In this document: piece after piece, positions 11,218 through 30,447 of the stretch
Layout of the letters: every line of letters begins with the position of its first letter
Position numbering within the stretch: position 1 is the first letter of the stretch
Source: an uncultured Thermus sp.
GTDB taxonomy: Bacteria > Deinococcota > Deinococci > Deinococcales > Thermaceae
Reading direction: 5' to 3'
NCBI GenBank assembly: GCA_947085095.1
Contig: CAMTVD010000002.1
Coordinates: 1 to 64,000 of the forward strand
DNA length: 64,000 nucleotides
Notes under the pieces: model-generated
The model's input: the letters and a program-made list of their open reading frames with translations, nothing else
The model's database searches: none
What the model was told of the DNA's origin: nothing
Translations under genes and position numbers: made by a program

Positions 11218-12141
11218 ATGGGCCGCGCCCTTCTCCTGGTCCTGCTCCTGCTTGGCCTGGTCCTGGCGGAGGAGGTCTTCCGCCCCGAGGTGGAGCTGGT
11301 GCGCAAGGACAAGAGGGTGCTGGCCTGGGTGAGTGGGGAGGAGGGTAGCCTCTTTTACGCGGACTATGGGGACCTCCATGTGGGGGAACTCCTGGACCTT
11401 TCCGAGGGGCGGGTGCGGGTGGGGGAGCGGGCCTTCTTCCGGGATGGGGGAAGCGGGGTGGAGGAGGGCCTTACGGTGGGGGAAAGGGTGGAGGCGGCCT
11501 ACAACCGGGACCTGGAGCGGGAGGGCCTCCCCTACCTCATGCGCCTGAGGCGGGCGGGGGAGGGGAAGGCGGAGCGCTACCTGCGCCTGGTCCTCCATGA
11601 CCCCAAGGGGGTGGAGGTGCGCCTGGGGGAGGAGGTGGAGGCCAAGGGGTCTTTGGGGGTGGTGGAGCGGGGAGGCAAGGAGGAGCTTTTCCTCTCCGGC
11701 GGGGAGGCCCGCTTTCTGGAGGAGGAGGGGCGGCTTCTTCTGGACCCCAGGCCCGGGGAGGTGTGGGTGATCCAGGGGGCGGTGCGGGCCAAGGGGAGCC
11801 GCCTCCGCTACCGGAACGACACCGGGGAGGCCCTTTTGGCAGGCCCCCTCGAGGTCCAGAGGGAGGGGGAGAAGCCCCTAAAGGGCCGGGCGGGAAGCCT
11901 CCGCTACCTCCTGGACGAGGACCGGCTCTGGCTCCTGGATGGGGTGGAGTTCGCCCAGGGGGGGCGGACCACCAAGGCGGAAAGAGCCCTTCTTAGGGAA
12001 AAGGAGGGGTACGCCTACCTCTATGGCGGGGTGGAGAGCCGGGACGAGAGGGGGTTCGTGCGGGGGGAGAGGGTCCGCTACGCCCTAAGGACGGGGGAGG
12101 TGCTGGTCCTCTCCCGGGTCCAGGGGGAGTTTCGCGACTAG
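11218..12141 (+). CDS. LptA/OstA-family protein (second)
   Basis: Signal peptide and OstA-type strands ([31 protein letters not shown]). Confidence 0.7.
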   Translation: MGRALLLVLLLLGLVLAEEVFRPEVELVRKDKRVLAWVSGEEGSLFYADYGDLHVGELLDLSEGRVRVGERAFFRDGGSGVEEGLTVGERVEAAYNRDLEREGLPYLMRLRRAGEGKAERYLRLVLHDPKGVEVRLGEEVEAKGSLGVVERGGKEELFLSGGEARFLEEEGRLLLDPRPGEVWVIQGAVRAKGSRLRYRNDTGEALLAGPLEVQREGEKPLKGRAGSLRYLLDEDRLWLLDGVEFAQGGRTTKAERALLREKEGYAYLYGGVESRDERGFVRGERVRYALRTGEVLVLSRVQGEFRD

Positions 12142-13628
12142 GCGGGGATGCCCGCCATCAAAAGGCCCAGGCGCTCCTCTGTGGCCTCCTCGGGGGTGAG
12201 TTCCCCCATGATCCGCCCCGAGTACATGACCAGGATGCGGTCAGAGAGGGAGAGGATCTCCGAGAGGTCGGCGGAGACCAGAAGTACCCCCAGGCCCCGG
12301 TCCCGGGCCTCCACCAGTTGGCGGTGGATGAACTCAATGGCCCCCACGTCCACCCCCCGGGTGGGCTGGGCGGCGATGAGGAGTTTGGGGCCCCTAAGGA
12401 GTTCCCGCCCCACCACGATCTTCTGCTGGTTGCCCCCCGAGAAGCGCCGGGCGGAAAGCTCGGTGGAGCGGGGGCGGACGTCAAAACTCTCCACCAGGTT
12501 CCGGGCGTGGGCCTCCATGGCCCCGTCGTCCAAGAAGCCCAGGAAGCCCCGGAAGGGAGGGCGGTGCTGGTCCCCCAGGATGGCGTTTTCCCTCACGGAA
12601 AAGTCCAGGACCAGGCCCCGGGCCAGACGGTCCTCGGGAATGTGGCTCACCAGGAGTTCCCGGACCCCCCGGGCCAGGTGGGGGAGGGGCTTCCCCAGAT
12701 AGCGGGCCACCCCCCGGTGGCGGCGGAGCCCGGTGAGGGCCTCCACCAGCTCCGTCTGGCCATTCCCCTCCACCCCGGCGATCCCCACGATCTCCCCCGC
12801 CCTTACCTGGAAGCTCACCCCCTTGAGGCGGGGTGGGGCCTCGAGGCCCTCCACCTCCAGGACCACCTCTCCTGGCCTGGCGGGGCCCTTCTCCACCCTT
12901 AGGACCACCTCCCGGCCCACCATCATCCGCGCCAGGGCCTCCACGGAGGTTTCCTGGGTTTTCACCGTGCCCACCACCCTGCCGTCCCGGATCACGGTGA
13001 CGCGGTCCGAAACCTCCAGGACCTCCTTCAGCTTGTGGCTGATGAAGATGGCGGCGTTCCCCTTGGCCACGTAGGTCCTGAGGAAGCGGAAAAGCTCCTC
13101 CGCCTCCTGGGGGGTGAGGACGGCGGTGGGTTCGTCCAGGATGAGGATCCGGGCCTCCCGGTAGAGGGCCTTGAGGATCTCCACCCGCTGCTGCAGGCCC
13201 ACGGGGAGGTTTTCTATCCGCTCCTCCAGGGGGACCTGGAAACCCAGCTCCTCCATGAGGTGGGTGGCCCGCTTCCTCGCCTCCTCCAGGTTGAGGAAGA
13301 GGGGGCTTCCGGGCTCCAGGCCCAGGACCAGGTTCTCCAACACGGTAAAGGGCTCCACCAGCATGAAGTGCTGGTGCACCATACCGATCCCTGCCCGGAT
13401 GGCGTCCAGAGGGCTTTTGGGCCAGTAGGGTTTCCCCTCCACCCACATCTCTCCCTCGTCGGCGGGCTGGAGGCCGTAGACGATCTTCATGAGGGTGGAC
13501 TTGCCCGCTCCGTTTTCCCCCACCAAGGCCAGCACCTCCCCCCACTCCAGGTCCAGGCTGATGTGGTCGTTGGCCAGGACCAGGGGGAAGCGCTTGGTGA
13601 TGTCTTTGAGGGCCAGCGCCTTAGCCAC
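12138..13628 (-). CDS. CUT2/nucleoside ABC transporter ATP-binding protein (two NBDs)
   Basis: [18 protein letters not shown] and FSGGNQQK. Confidence 0.9.
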   Translation of the reverse strand: MAKALALKDITKRFPLVLANDHISLDLEWGEVLALVGENGAGKSTLMKIVYGLQPADEGEMWVEGKPYWPKSPLDAIRAGIGMVHQHFMLVEPFTVLENLVLGLEPGSPLFLNLEEARKRATHLMEELGFQVPLEERIENLPVGLQQRVEILKALYREARILILDEPTAVLTPQEAEELFRFLRTYVAKGNAAIFISHKLKEVLEVSDRVTVIRDGRVVGTVKTQETSVEALARMMVGREVVLRVEKGPARPGEVVLEVEGLEAPPRLKGVSFQVRAGEIVGIAGVEGNGQTELVEALTGLRRHRGVARYLGKPLPHLARGVRELLVSHIPEDRLARGLVLDFSVRENAILGDQHRPPFRGFLGFLDDGAMEAHARNLVESFDVRPRSTELSARRFSGGNQQKIVVGRELLRGPKLLIAAQPTRGVDVGAIEFIHRQLVEARDRGLGVLLVSADLSEILSLSDRILVMYSGRIMGELTPEEATEERLGLLMAGIPA

Positions 13629-13685
13629 GGCTGAAGTATAAGGCAAAGGCCGGGGACCCCTAGGCCCCCGGCCTGGCCAAGCGCC

Positions 13686-14810
<1,125 letters not shown>

Positions 14811-14861
14811 CTTTAACCTCCCTTGGCTCGTCGCCGGAGGTTATTATACCCGTCCGGGTAA

Positions 14862-17695
<2,834 letters not shown>

Positions 17696-17744
17696 GCCCC
17701 TAAGTCTACTTGCCTCCCCGCCCTTTCCCCGCTACCCTTAGGGC

Positions 17745-17792
17745 ATGCGGGCCAGGACCCCCTTTGCCTTCAAGCGGCGCTACCGAGCCTAG
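17745..17792 (+). other. Candidate leader peptide MRARTPFAFKRRYRA upstream of trpB
   Basis: TACCCT -10-like box 6 nt before ATG; short hairpin and T-rich tail at about 17821-17842. Confidence 0.4.
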
Positions 17793-17821
17793 GCTTCCGG
17801 GGCTTAGGATGGAAAGGCTAA

Positions 17822-19845
<2,024 letters not shown>

Positions 19846-19846
<1 letters not shown>

Positions 19847-19933
19847 GTACCCCACCGCGGCTTTCGCCGCGGTGGGGGCCCCAAAAAAGCCCTCCCACGG
19901 CATCCCACGTCGCGAAACCAAAGCGCGGGCACT
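19846..19933. repeat. 88-bp intergenic element (MITE/REP-like) with a GC hairpin, probably also a bidirectional terminator
   Basis: Flanked by TA on both sides; ends AGTACCC/GGGCACT; hairpin CCCCACCGCGGC-TTTC-GCCGCGGTGGGG. Confidence 0.5.
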
Positions 19934-21060
19934 TAGGCCAGGGGGAGCTCCAAAGGTTCCTTCAGGATGGCCTCGGGGTCCGGGTAGCGGAGGATGCGGT
20001 AGAGGGGGTCCCTTTCCGCGGGCCTGAACCCGGCGTCCACGATGTGGCGCACGATCTCCCGCACCGTGGCGTGGGTGCGCCCGTGCCCCCCCGCCGCCGA
20101 GACCACGTTCTCCTCCAGCATGGTGCTCCCGAAGTCGTCCGCCCCGTAGTAGAGGGCGGTCTGGGCCACCTTGAAGCCCAGGGTGGGCCAGGAGGCCTGG
20201 AAGTGGGCGAAGTTGTCCAGGGCGAGCCGGGCCACGGCCAGGGTCTTCAGGTACTCGTGGGCCGTGGCCCCCGGGGCCTTGCCCTTGAGGCGGGTGTGCT
20301 CCACCTGGAGCGTCCAGAGGGCGAAGGCGGCAAAGCCGTTCTTGTGGCGCTCCAGGGCCCTATCCTGCTGGGCCCTTAGGCCCAGGAGGTGGGCGGTGCG
20401 CTCCTCCTTGCCCTCCCCGAAGCCGATCACCATGCTGGCCAGGGTGTAGAGGCCTAAGGCCTGGGCGGCGTCCACGATCCGGTACCAGTCCTGGGTCTTG
20501 ATGCGGGCGGGGGCCGCCTTGAGGCGCACCTCGTCCACCAGGATCTCCGCCCCCGCCCCCGGCATCCCGTCCAGCCCCGCCTCCTTCATCCTCTCCAGGA
20601 TGGCCTCGGCCCTAAGCCCGGTGAGCCTTTCCAGGCCCAGGATCTCCTCGGGGCTGAAGGCGTCTATGCGCAGGTCGGGGAAGCGGTCCTTGAGGAAGCG
20701 GAGGAGGTCCAGGTACCACTCCAGGGGGAGCTCGGGGTTCACCCCGCCCTGGAGGAGGATCCGCCTCCCCCCCACCCGGTAGAGCTCCACGATCTTCCCT
20801 GCGATCTCCTCAAAGCCCAGCGTGTAGGCGTCCTTCTGCCTCTTGGTGCGGTAGAAGGCGCAGAAGGCGCAGGCCACGGTGCAGACGTTGGTGTAGTTGA
20901 TGTTGCGGTCAATGAGGAAGGTGACCACCTGGGGGTCGGTCTTCTTGAGGCGCACCTCGTGGGCGGCGGCGGCCAGCTCGGGCAGGGGGAGGTCAAAGAG
21001 GCTTAGCACTTCCTCTTCCGCAAGCCTCTCCCCGGCCACGGCCTTCTCCAGGACGTCCAT
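19933..21060 (-). CDS. mqnC: Cyclic dehypoxanthinyl futalosine synthase (radical SAM)
   Basis: DRNINYTNVCTVACAFCAF, PGAGAEIL and GSTMLEENVVSAAG. Confidence 0.92.
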   Translation of the reverse strand: MDVLEKAVAGERLAEEEVLSLFDLPLPELAAAAHEVRLKKTDPQVVTFLIDRNINYTNVCTVACAFCAFYRTKRQKDAYTLGFEEIAGKIVELYRVGGRRILLQGGVNPELPLEWYLDLLRFLKDRFPDLRIDAFSPEEILGLERLTGLRAEAILERMKEAGLDGMPGAGAEILVDEVRLKAAPARIKTQDWYRIVDAAQALGLYTLASMVIGFGEGKEERTAHLLGLRAQQDRALERHKNGFAAFALWTLQVEHTRLKGKAPGATAHEYLKTLAVARLALDNFAHFQASWPTLGFKVAQTALYYGADDFGSTMLEENVVSAAGGHGRTHATVREIVRHIVDAGFRPAERDPLYRILRYPDPEAILKEPLELPLA

Positions 21061-21073
21061 GTTCCCCATGCTA

Positions 21074-22225
21074 TCAGAGGAGGGCACCGCCCAGTGCGGC
21101 TCCGAGAAGGGCCAGGGCCCAGGGAGGAAAGCCGAGCCGCAGGAGGCCGAAGAGGAGGAGGGCCAGGGCAAAGTCCTCCCGGCCCCGGACGGCTTCCTGA
21201 AAGAGGAGATCGTAGAGGGCGGCAAGAAGGAGGCCCGCCACCCCGGCGTTCACCCCCTGAAGGGCGCGCCGGAAAAGCGAGTTTTCCCCTAGGCGGGTCC
21301 AGAAGGGGAGGGCGGCCAGGAGGAGAAGGGTGCCCGGCAGGAAGAGGGTGAGGAGGGCAAGGAGGGCGAGGAGGGCAGAGGGTAGCCCTAGCTCCACCCG
21401 GGCACCCAGGAAGGCGGCGAAGCTGAAGAGGGGACCGGGCACGGCCTGGGCTGCCCCATAGCCCGTGAGGAAGGAACCGGCGTCCAGGAACCCGGGGACC
21501 AGGCGCTCCCCCAGGAGGGGGAGGACCACGTGGCCCCCGCCGAAGACCAGGGCTCCTGCGGTGTAGAGGGCCTTGAGGAAGCCCCAAAGGGGGTGGAGGG
21601 AGGCGAGGAGGTGGAGGAGGAGGAGTAACCCCAAGAAGGCCAGGAAGGCCAGCGCCCCGAAGGCCGCCGTGACCGGGGAAAAGAGGGCCGGGGCGAAGGC
21701 CGGGGGAGGCGGCGGGGCCTTGAGGAGGAGGCCTAGGAGCCCCGAGAGGAGGAGGGCAGGGACCTGGCCCTGGGGCCAGAGGGTGAGGAGAAAGGCGGCC
21801 AGGAGGGCGAGGGCGAAGCGGGGCCGGTCGGGGGCCAGGCTCGCCAGCATCTGCCCCACCGCCTGGGCCACCACCGCCAGGGCCAGGAGCCTGAGCCCCT
21901 GGGAGAACCCGGGGGGCGGGGACAGGGCCTCGAGGCCCACCCCGAGGAGGAAGAGGAGAAGGGCCGAGGGAAGGGTGAAACCCAGCCAGGCCAGCACCAT
22001 GCCCAGGGGTCCGGCGCGGAGGAGGCCTAAAGCCATCCCCACTTGGGAGCTGGTGGGGCCGGGCAGGGCCTGGCACAGGGCCACAAGCTGGGCGTAGCCG
22101 GCCTCGGAGAGCCATCCCCGGCGCCGGACCAGGTCCTGGTGGAAGTACCCGAGGTGGGCCAGGGGACCGCCGAAGGAGGTGAGGCCCAGGCCGAGAAAGG
22201 CGCGAAACACCTCCAGGGCCCGCAC
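21074..22225 (-). CDS. chrA: Chromate efflux transporter (CHR family)
   Basis: SFGGP, LPGPTSSQ, FGGGHVVLP and QAVPGPLF. Confidence 0.92.
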   Translation of the reverse strand: MRALEVFRAFLGLGLTSFGGPLAHLGYFHQDLVRRRGWLSEAGYAQLVALCQALPGPTSSQVGMALGLLRAGPLGMVLAWLGFTLPSALLLFLLGVGLEALSPPPGFSQGLRLLALAVVAQAVGQMLASLAPDRPRFALALLAAFLLTLWPQGQVPALLLSGLLGLLLKAPPPPPAFAPALFSPVTAAFGALAFLAFLGLLLLLHLLASLHPLWGFLKALYTAGALVFGGGHVVLPLLGERLVPGFLDAGSFLTGYGAAQAVPGPLFSFAAFLGARVELGLPSALLALLALLTLFLPGTLLLLAALPFWTRLGENSLFRRALQGVNAGVAGLLLAALYDLLFQEAVRGREDFALALLLFGLLRLGFPPWALALLGAALGGALL

Positions 22226-22247
22226 GGGGCCAGTATAAAATCAGGGC

Positions 22248-22733
22248 ATGGAGCTGAGGCTGATCCCCATTGAAAAGCCCGAAAACCTGAACGTCATTCT
22301 GGGCCAGGCCCACTTCATCAAGACGGTGGAGGACCTGCACGAGGCCCTGGTGACCGCGGTGCCCGGCATCCGCTTTGGCCTCGCCTTCTCCGAGGCCAGC
22401 GGCAAGCGCCTCATCCGGCATTCCGGCACCGACCAGGCCCTCACGGAGCTGGCGGTGAAGAACCTCCTCAACCTGGCCTCAGGCCACACCTTCCTCATCG
22501 TCCTGGGGGAGGGGTTTTACCCCATCAACGTCCTGCACGCGGTGAAGGCCTGCCCCGAGGTGGTGCGCATCTTCGCCGCCACCGCCAACCCCCTCAAGGT
22601 GGTGGTGGCCGAGGAGGGGGAGCAGAGGGCCATCCTGGGGGTCATGGACGGCTTCAAGCCCCTGGGGGTGGAGGACGAGGCCGAGGTGGCCTGGCGCAAG
22701 GACCTCCTCCGCCGCTTCGGCTACAAGCTATAA
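22248..22733 (+). CDS. DUF355 adenosine-specific kinase family protein
   Basis: NVILGQAHFIKTVEDL, FAATANP and GVMDG. Confidence 0.88.
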   Translation: MELRLIPIEKPENLNVILGQAHFIKTVEDLHEALVTAVPGIRFGLAFSEASGKRLIRHSGTDQALTELAVKNLLNLASGHTFLIVLGEGFYPINVLHAVKACPEVVRIFAATANPLKVVVAEEGEQRAILGVMDGFKPLGVEDEAEVAWRKDLLRRFGYKL

Positions 22734-22741
22734 TGCCCCCC

Positions 22742-23891
<1,150 letters not shown>

Positions 23892-23894
23892 GTG

Positions 23895-23976
23895 TACAAT
23901 GCCTGGCATGAAGGGTATGCCCCCGGGCTAGGGCGGGGGAGCCTCCCCGCCCGGGGCGCGTGCCCCGGTTTTTTTT
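23895..23976 (+). promoter_or_regulatory. metG leader: -10 TACAAT, leader ORF MKGMPPG (23908-23931), hairpins and terminator
   Basis: Two Met codons in a 7-aa ORF; CCGGGGC-GCGT-GCCCCGG followed by T8 immediately before the metG SD. Confidence 0.7.
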
Positions 23977-23978
23977 GA

Positions 23979-25844
<1,866 letters not shown>

Positions 25845-25848
25845 AGGA

Positions 25849-25882
25849 AGGGGCCGGGCAAGCCCGGCCCCTAAGCTTTTTC
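25849..25882. terminator. Bidirectional intrinsic terminator between metG and ctpA
   Basis: AGGGGCCGGGC-AA-GCCCGGCCCCT hairpin with a nearby T tract. Confidence 0.7.
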
Positions 25883-25884
25883 CC

Positions 25885-27204
25885 CTACTTCCCCAGGACC
25901 TCGAGGGCCTTCTTCAGGATGGCGTCCTTCTCCAGGTCCAGGACCGCCTGGCCCCGATCCTCGGGCAGGGGGCGCTGGCGCTGGGGCTCAGCGTAGGTGA
26001 ACTTGCCCTCTTGATCGGCCTTCAGCTTCACGGTCCTGCCGTTCAGGGTCACGGTCACCTCGGCCCCGGGCGGGGCCCCGGCCCCTTGAAGGGAGAAGGG
26101 GGTGGGGAAGCGGGTGTCCTTGACCTCTATGTCGGGCTTCAGCCCCTCCTTGTTGATGGCCCGGCGCTTGGGGGTGAGCCACTCAAAGGTGACCAGGGTG
26201 AGCTCCCCGCCGTTGGCCAGGGTGTAGGGGGTCTGGCCCACGCCCTTGCCGAAGGTCTTCTCCCCGATCACCTGGGCCCGGCCGTAGTCCTGCAGGGCCC
26301 CAGCCACGATCTCGCTGGCGGAGGCAGAGTTTCCGTTCACCAGGACCACCATGGGGCCGTCCCAGAGGGGCCTGCCCGAGGCCTCGCACCACACCCGGGT
26401 CAGGTTCTTGGTGCGGGTATAGACGATGGGACCCTCCTTGAGGAAGGCGCTGGCCACGGCGCATCCCTGGTCCAGGAGGCCGCCCCCGTTGTCCCGGAGG
26501 TCAAAGATGAGCTTCTTGACCCCTTGGTCCTTCAGCTCCTGGATGGCCTTTCTGACCTGGTCCTCTACCTTGAAGGTGCCGAAGGTCTCCAGGGCGATGT
26601 AGCCCACCTCCCCGATCCTTCCCGTGGAGACGGCGATGATCTCCACCTTCTCCCGGATGAGCTCAAAGACCAGGGGGGTGGGTACCCCTTCCCGCCGCAC
26701 CTTGATGGTGACCTTGGTACCCTCGCGCCCCCGGATGCGGGCCACCACCTCCTGCAGGGGGAGGCCCGTCACGTCCACCCCGTCCACCTCCAGGATCACG
26801 TCTCCCGCCCGCATCCCGGCCCGTTGCGCGGGCAGGCCCTTCATCACCCCCTCAATCCGGGCCCCGGTGCCATCGGGGTTGGCGGGGGTGAGGGTGGCCC
26901 CGATGCCGAAGAACTCGCCCCGGAGGTCCTCCTGCCTCAGGCTTGCCCTCTGGGGCGGGGAGTAGCTCACGAAAGGATCCTTGAGGGCGGAGATCATCCC
27001 GCCGATGGCCCCTTCCAGAAGGGCGTTGAGCCTTTCCCTGGGCAGGGACTCCAGGTAGTCCTGCTGGATCCTCTGGTAGACCTCCAAGAGGGCCTGGCCG
27101 TTAGGGTTTTGCAGAAGGTTTTCCGCCTGGGGGCGGGGGAGCTGGGCGTACACTAGGGCCAAAAGCACCCCAAGCCCCACCAAAAACCATGCGCTTCGTT
27201 TCAT
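25885..27204 (-). CDS. ctpA: S41 C-terminal processing protease with PDZ
   Basis: DLRDNGGG, SASASEI and TFGKG. Confidence 0.92.
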   Translation of the reverse strand: MKRSAWFLVGLGVLLALVYAQLPRPQAENLLQNPNGQALLEVYQRIQQDYLESLPRERLNALLEGAIGGMISALKDPFVSYSPPQRASLRQEDLRGEFFGIGATLTPANPDGTGARIEGVMKGLPAQRAGMRAGDVILEVDGVDVTGLPLQEVVARIRGREGTKVTIKVRREGVPTPLVFELIREKVEIIAVSTGRIGEVGYIALETFGTFKVEDQVRKAIQELKDQGVKKLIFDLRDNGGGLLDQGCAVASAFLKEGPIVYTRTKNLTRVWCEASGRPLWDGPMVVLVNGNSASASEIVAGALQDYGRAQVIGEKTFGKGVGQTPYTLANGGELTLVTFEWLTPKRRAINKEGLKPDIEVKDTRFPTPFSLQGAGAPPGAEVTVTLNGRTVKLKADQEGKFTYAEPQRQRPLPEDRGQAVLDLEKDAILKKALEVLGK

Positions 27205-27276
27205 CCTCTCCCTCACTCGCCTTCACTATAGCGCGTCTCCATGAGAAGGGAACGTGATTCGCCTTATAGTGGGGGC

Positions 27277-28005
27277 ATGATCGCCTTCCACCGGGTGAGC
27301 CTGGCGTACCCGCGGACGGGGACCAAGGCCCTTTACAACGTGAGCCTTGAGGTCAAGAAGGGGGAGTTCGTCTACGTGGTGGGCCACTCGGGGGCGGGGA
27401 AGTCCACCCTCCTGGCCCTCATCCTCAGGCGGCTTCTACCCACCCAGGGGGCGGTCTACGTGGCCGGGCAGAACCTGAAGGCCCTAAAGGGGGACGCCAT
27501 CGCCCTCCACCGCCGCCGCATCGGCATGGTCTTCCAGGACCACCGCCTGCTTTCCGACATGACCGTGGAGGAGAACCTGGCCTTTGTCCTCCAGGTGCAG
27601 GGGGTGCCCGCCAGAGAGTGGCCGGAAAGGGTGGCCACGGCCCTGCGCCGGGTGGGGCTATTCCACAAGAAGCGGGCCTTTCCCGAGGAGCTTTCCGTGG
27701 GGGAGGCCCAGCGGGTGGCCCTGGCCCGGGCCCTCCTCCTGGACCCCCCGGTGATCCTGGCCGATGAGCCCACGGGCAACCTGGACCCCGAGAACGCCCT
27801 CCAGGTTTTGGACATCCTCAAATCGGCTCACCAAAGGGGGGCCACGGTGATGGTGGCCACCCACAGCCGGGAGCTCCTGGAGGCCTACCCGGCCCGGGTG
27901 GTGGTGCTGAAGGCGGGCCAGGTGGTGCGGGACGAGCGTCCCGGGGAAGGTGGTAGCATAAGGGTAAGGGAAAGCCCTGACCGGGGCGGAAAGGAGGAGG
28001 CATGA
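27277..28005 (+). CDS. ftsE: Cell division ATP-binding protein FtsE
   Basis: GHSGAGKST, VFQDHRLL and ADEPTGNLDP. Confidence 0.9.
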   Translation: MIAFHRVSLAYPRTGTKALYNVSLEVKKGEFVYVVGHSGAGKSTLLALILRRLLPTQGAVYVAGQNLKALKGDAIALHRRRIGMVFQDHRLLSDMTVEENLAFVLQVQGVPAREWPERVATALRRVGLFHKKRAFPEELSVGEAQRVALARALLLDPPVILADEPTGNLDPENALQVLDILKSAHQRGATVMVATHSRELLEAYPARVVVLKAGQVVRDERPGEGGSIRVRESPDRGGKEEA

Positions 28006-28562
28006 ACGTCTACAAGCTCATCGGCCGCAACCTGGAGATCACCGACGCCATCCGGGACTACGTGGAGAAGAAGCTTTCCCGCCTGGACCGCTACCAGAAC
28101 GGCGAGCTCATGGCCAAGGTGGTTCTCTCCCTGGCAGGTAGCGCCCACGTGGAGAGGAAGGCCAAGGCCGAGGTCCAGCTTGACCTCCCCGGGGGGCTTC
28201 TAAGGGTGGAGGAGGAGGACCAGGACCTCTACGCCGCCATTGACCGCATGGTGGACCGGCTGGAAGTCCAGCTGAAGCGCTACCGGGAGCGCCGCTTCGT
28301 GGGCAAGCGCCACTCCTACCAGGGCCCCCCGCCGCCCGAGGTTCGGGACATGGAAGCCCTGCGCAAGCCCGAGGAGGAGGAGGGCCCCAGGATCGTCCGG
28401 GTCAAGCGCTTTGAGATGAGACCCATGGACCCCGAGGAGGCCGTCTTCCAGATGGAGGCCCTGGGGCACGACTTCTTCGTCTTCCGCAACGCCAAGACTG
28501 AGGAGATCAGCGTGGTCTACCGTCGCAAGGACGGGAACTACGGCCTCATTGAGCCCGCTTGA
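28002..28562 (+). CDS. hpf: Long ribosome hibernation promoting factor
   Basis: GRNLEITDAIRDY, DLYAAID and C-terminal QMEALGHDFFVF. Confidence 0.95.
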   Translation: MNVYKLIGRNLEITDAIRDYVEKKLSRLDRYQNGELMAKVVLSLAGSAHVERKAKAEVQLDLPGGLLRVEEEDQDLYAAIDRMVDRLEVQLKRYRERRFVGKRHSYQGPPPPEVRDMEALRKPEEEEGPRIVRVKRFEMRPMDPEEAVFQMEALGHDFFVFRNAKTEEISVVYRRKDGNYGLIEPA

Positions 28563-28574
28563 GTTAGAGAAGCC

Positions 28575-28608
28575 GCCCTGGGGGTCTGGCCCCCAGGGCC
28601 GTTCTTTG
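28575..28608. terminator. Intrinsic terminator between hpf and nrfA
   Basis: 10-bp stem GCCCTGGGGG/CCCCCAGGGC followed by GTTCTTT. Confidence 0.7.
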
Positions 28609-28621
28609 CTGAAAGCGGGCC

Positions 28622-29941
28622 TTAAGGCTTGGTGGCTTGGGTCCCCAGGTGGCTGCGGCGTGCTACCTCTGCGCTTAGTTGCGCCTGCCTGGCGAAGTCT
28701 ATGGCTTCGGCCAAAATCCTAGCTGCTTCCTGGGGGCTGTGGAAGCCCATGCTGTTCTCGCTGATGATGAAATCCCAACGCATCTGCGCACGGCGGTGCA
28801 AACGTTGCGCCTCCGCAAGAGCTTCCTCCGGTACCCCTGCTTCTTTGGCCGCGACAATGGTGTCTATGGCATCCTTGAGGGCTGCTTCAGACTTCTTGAG
28901 GAGTTCCGCAGTGCGCTTCTGGATGGAGAGGACCAGGTTACGGAGCTGTTCCTCAGGGATGCGGTGGCAGTTCTGGCAGGCGTTGGTCAGATTCGTGAGG
29001 GGGCTGCGGACCCAATGATCGCTAATCTTGATGCCCCCTACGCGCACGTAGGGCATATGGCAGTCGGCGCAGGCCACACCCCGCTGGTAGTGAACGCTGG
29101 TGACGAAGAGCTCGTACTCCGGATGCTGAATCTTGATCATGGGGGCTCCTGTGAGGGCGTGCTTCCAGTCAGCGAAGCCATAGGTGTCGTAGTGCTCCTC
29201 AATGGCTTCAATGGAAAGTCCCTTGGACCAGGGGAAGACGAGCTCGCGTTCAGGTCCCCTAAAGTAATACTCCACGTGGCACTGGGCACAGACCAGGCTA
29301 CGCATCTCCTGCCGGGAGAGCTTGCGCCAATCGCGTCCTTGGGCCTCCAAAGCCGCAATCAGAGCCGGGCGGGTAATGCGTAGGGCCATGGTGGTGGGAT
29401 CATGGCAGTCGGCGCATGTGATCCCGCGGAGGGAAATGCGGTCCTTTAGCTCTTTGTAAGGGGTGCGGTTAATCTCCGCCCAGTCCATTTGGGTCATGAG
29501 GTGCAGGAAATCCCCCGAGTGACAATTGACGCAAGCCCCTGGCTGGTTAAACTCGGTGGCGCGCTTGGTGTTCCTCTGGTCTATTTGCGCGTAATGGTGG
29601 CCCCGATCTTCGTTGTAATCCACGCTAAAGGGCATGTTAGCCCAGGCGATGCGCTTGAAAGGGTTGGCTTCCAGCTTGTTCTGAGGGGGATCGGTAGCGC
29701 CGCCACCGTAGGGGGTGCTACCGTAAGGCGTTTGGGTCAGCTGGTGGCGCTCAAGATGACGAGGAAAGTTGATGCCCCACTTCTCTTCATCCACCTCGTT
29801 CTCGCCAATCTCCACGAGGCGCAGGGGATACCGTTCCCCCTCGGCTTTTTGCCGGATAACGTTGGCCAGCACCAGTCCGATGCCGATGCCGACCAGCACG
29901 AAGGCGCCGATAATCCCGATAATGACCAAGCGTTGCCTCAT
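28622..29941 (-). CDS. nrfA: Pentaheme cytochrome c nitrite reductase (ammonifying), CXXCH heme-1 variant
   Basis: Five heme motifs (CVNCH, CADCH, CAQCH, CADCH, CQNCH), RGH, HVEYYF, diagnostic KIQHPEYE and ENSMGFH. Confidence 0.92.
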   Translation of the reverse strand: MRQRLVIIGIIGAFVLVGIGIGLVLANVIRQKAEGERYPLRLVEIGENEVDEEKWGINFPRHLERHQLTQTPYGSTPYGGGATDPPQNKLEANPFKRIAWANMPFSVDYNEDRGHHYAQIDQRNTKRATEFNQPGACVNCHSGDFLHLMTQMDWAEINRTPYKELKDRISLRGITCADCHDPTTMALRITRPALIAALEAQGRDWRKLSRQEMRSLVCAQCHVEYYFRGPERELVFPWSKGLSIEAIEEHYDTYGFADWKHALTGAPMIKIQHPEYELFVTSVHYQRGVACADCHMPYVRVGGIKISDHWVRSPLTNLTNACQNCHRIPEEQLRNLVLSIQKRTAELLKKSEAALKDAIDTIVAAKEAGVPEEALAEAQRLHRRAQMRWDFIISENSMGFHSPQEAARILAEAIDFARQAQLSAEVARRSHLGTQATKP

Positions 29942-29953
29942 ACTCCTCCCCTC

Positions 29954-30427
29954 CTACTTATTGGCCCGGTGCCCCACGTTGCCGTGGCAGCGCGTGCAGG
30001 CCATGCTCACCAGATCCTTGGGGTCAAGGCCCATGTGGCTCACGATTTCGCTATGGCAAGCGACGCAATTTTTGAGGGCTATATTGAGGTTAGCCTCCTT
30101 GATGAAGATGGGGTCCCTGTAGTTGCCGGTGGTAAAGGCAACGGAGTGGAACCACCCGTTGAGGGCTTTGGTATACCATTTGCCAAAGAAACCTTTCGGG
30201 GTGTGGCAGCTGTTACAGTTTGTGTGGGGGCGATGGCTGGAGTGCAGAAACGATTCGTAGTGCTCTCGCATCACGTGACAGTTGGCGCAGGCGGCGGGGT
30301 CATCGCTAAGGTATGAGTACCCACGCGCCTCATAGAAGGTGTAGGCGCCGAAGCCCAGGACGAAACCGAAGAGCGCTGCTACTATTGCGCCTGCTGCCGA
30401 TAAGCCCAGGGTCCGTTTTGTGATCAT
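29954..30427 (-). CDS. nrfH: Tetraheme quinol dehydrogenase, NapC/NirT family
   Basis: N-terminal TM, SYLSDDPAACANCHVM and four CXXCH motifs. Confidence 0.92.
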   Translation of the reverse strand: MITKRTLGLSAAGAIVAALFGFVLGFGAYTFYEARGYSYLSDDPAACANCHVMREHYESFLHSSHRPHTNCNSCHTPKGFFGKWYTKALNGWFHSVAFTTGNYRDPIFIKEANLNIALKNCVACHSEIVSHMGLDPKDLVSMACTRCHGNVGHRANK

Positions 30428-30447
30428 GAGGGCGCCTCCCAAAGGCA

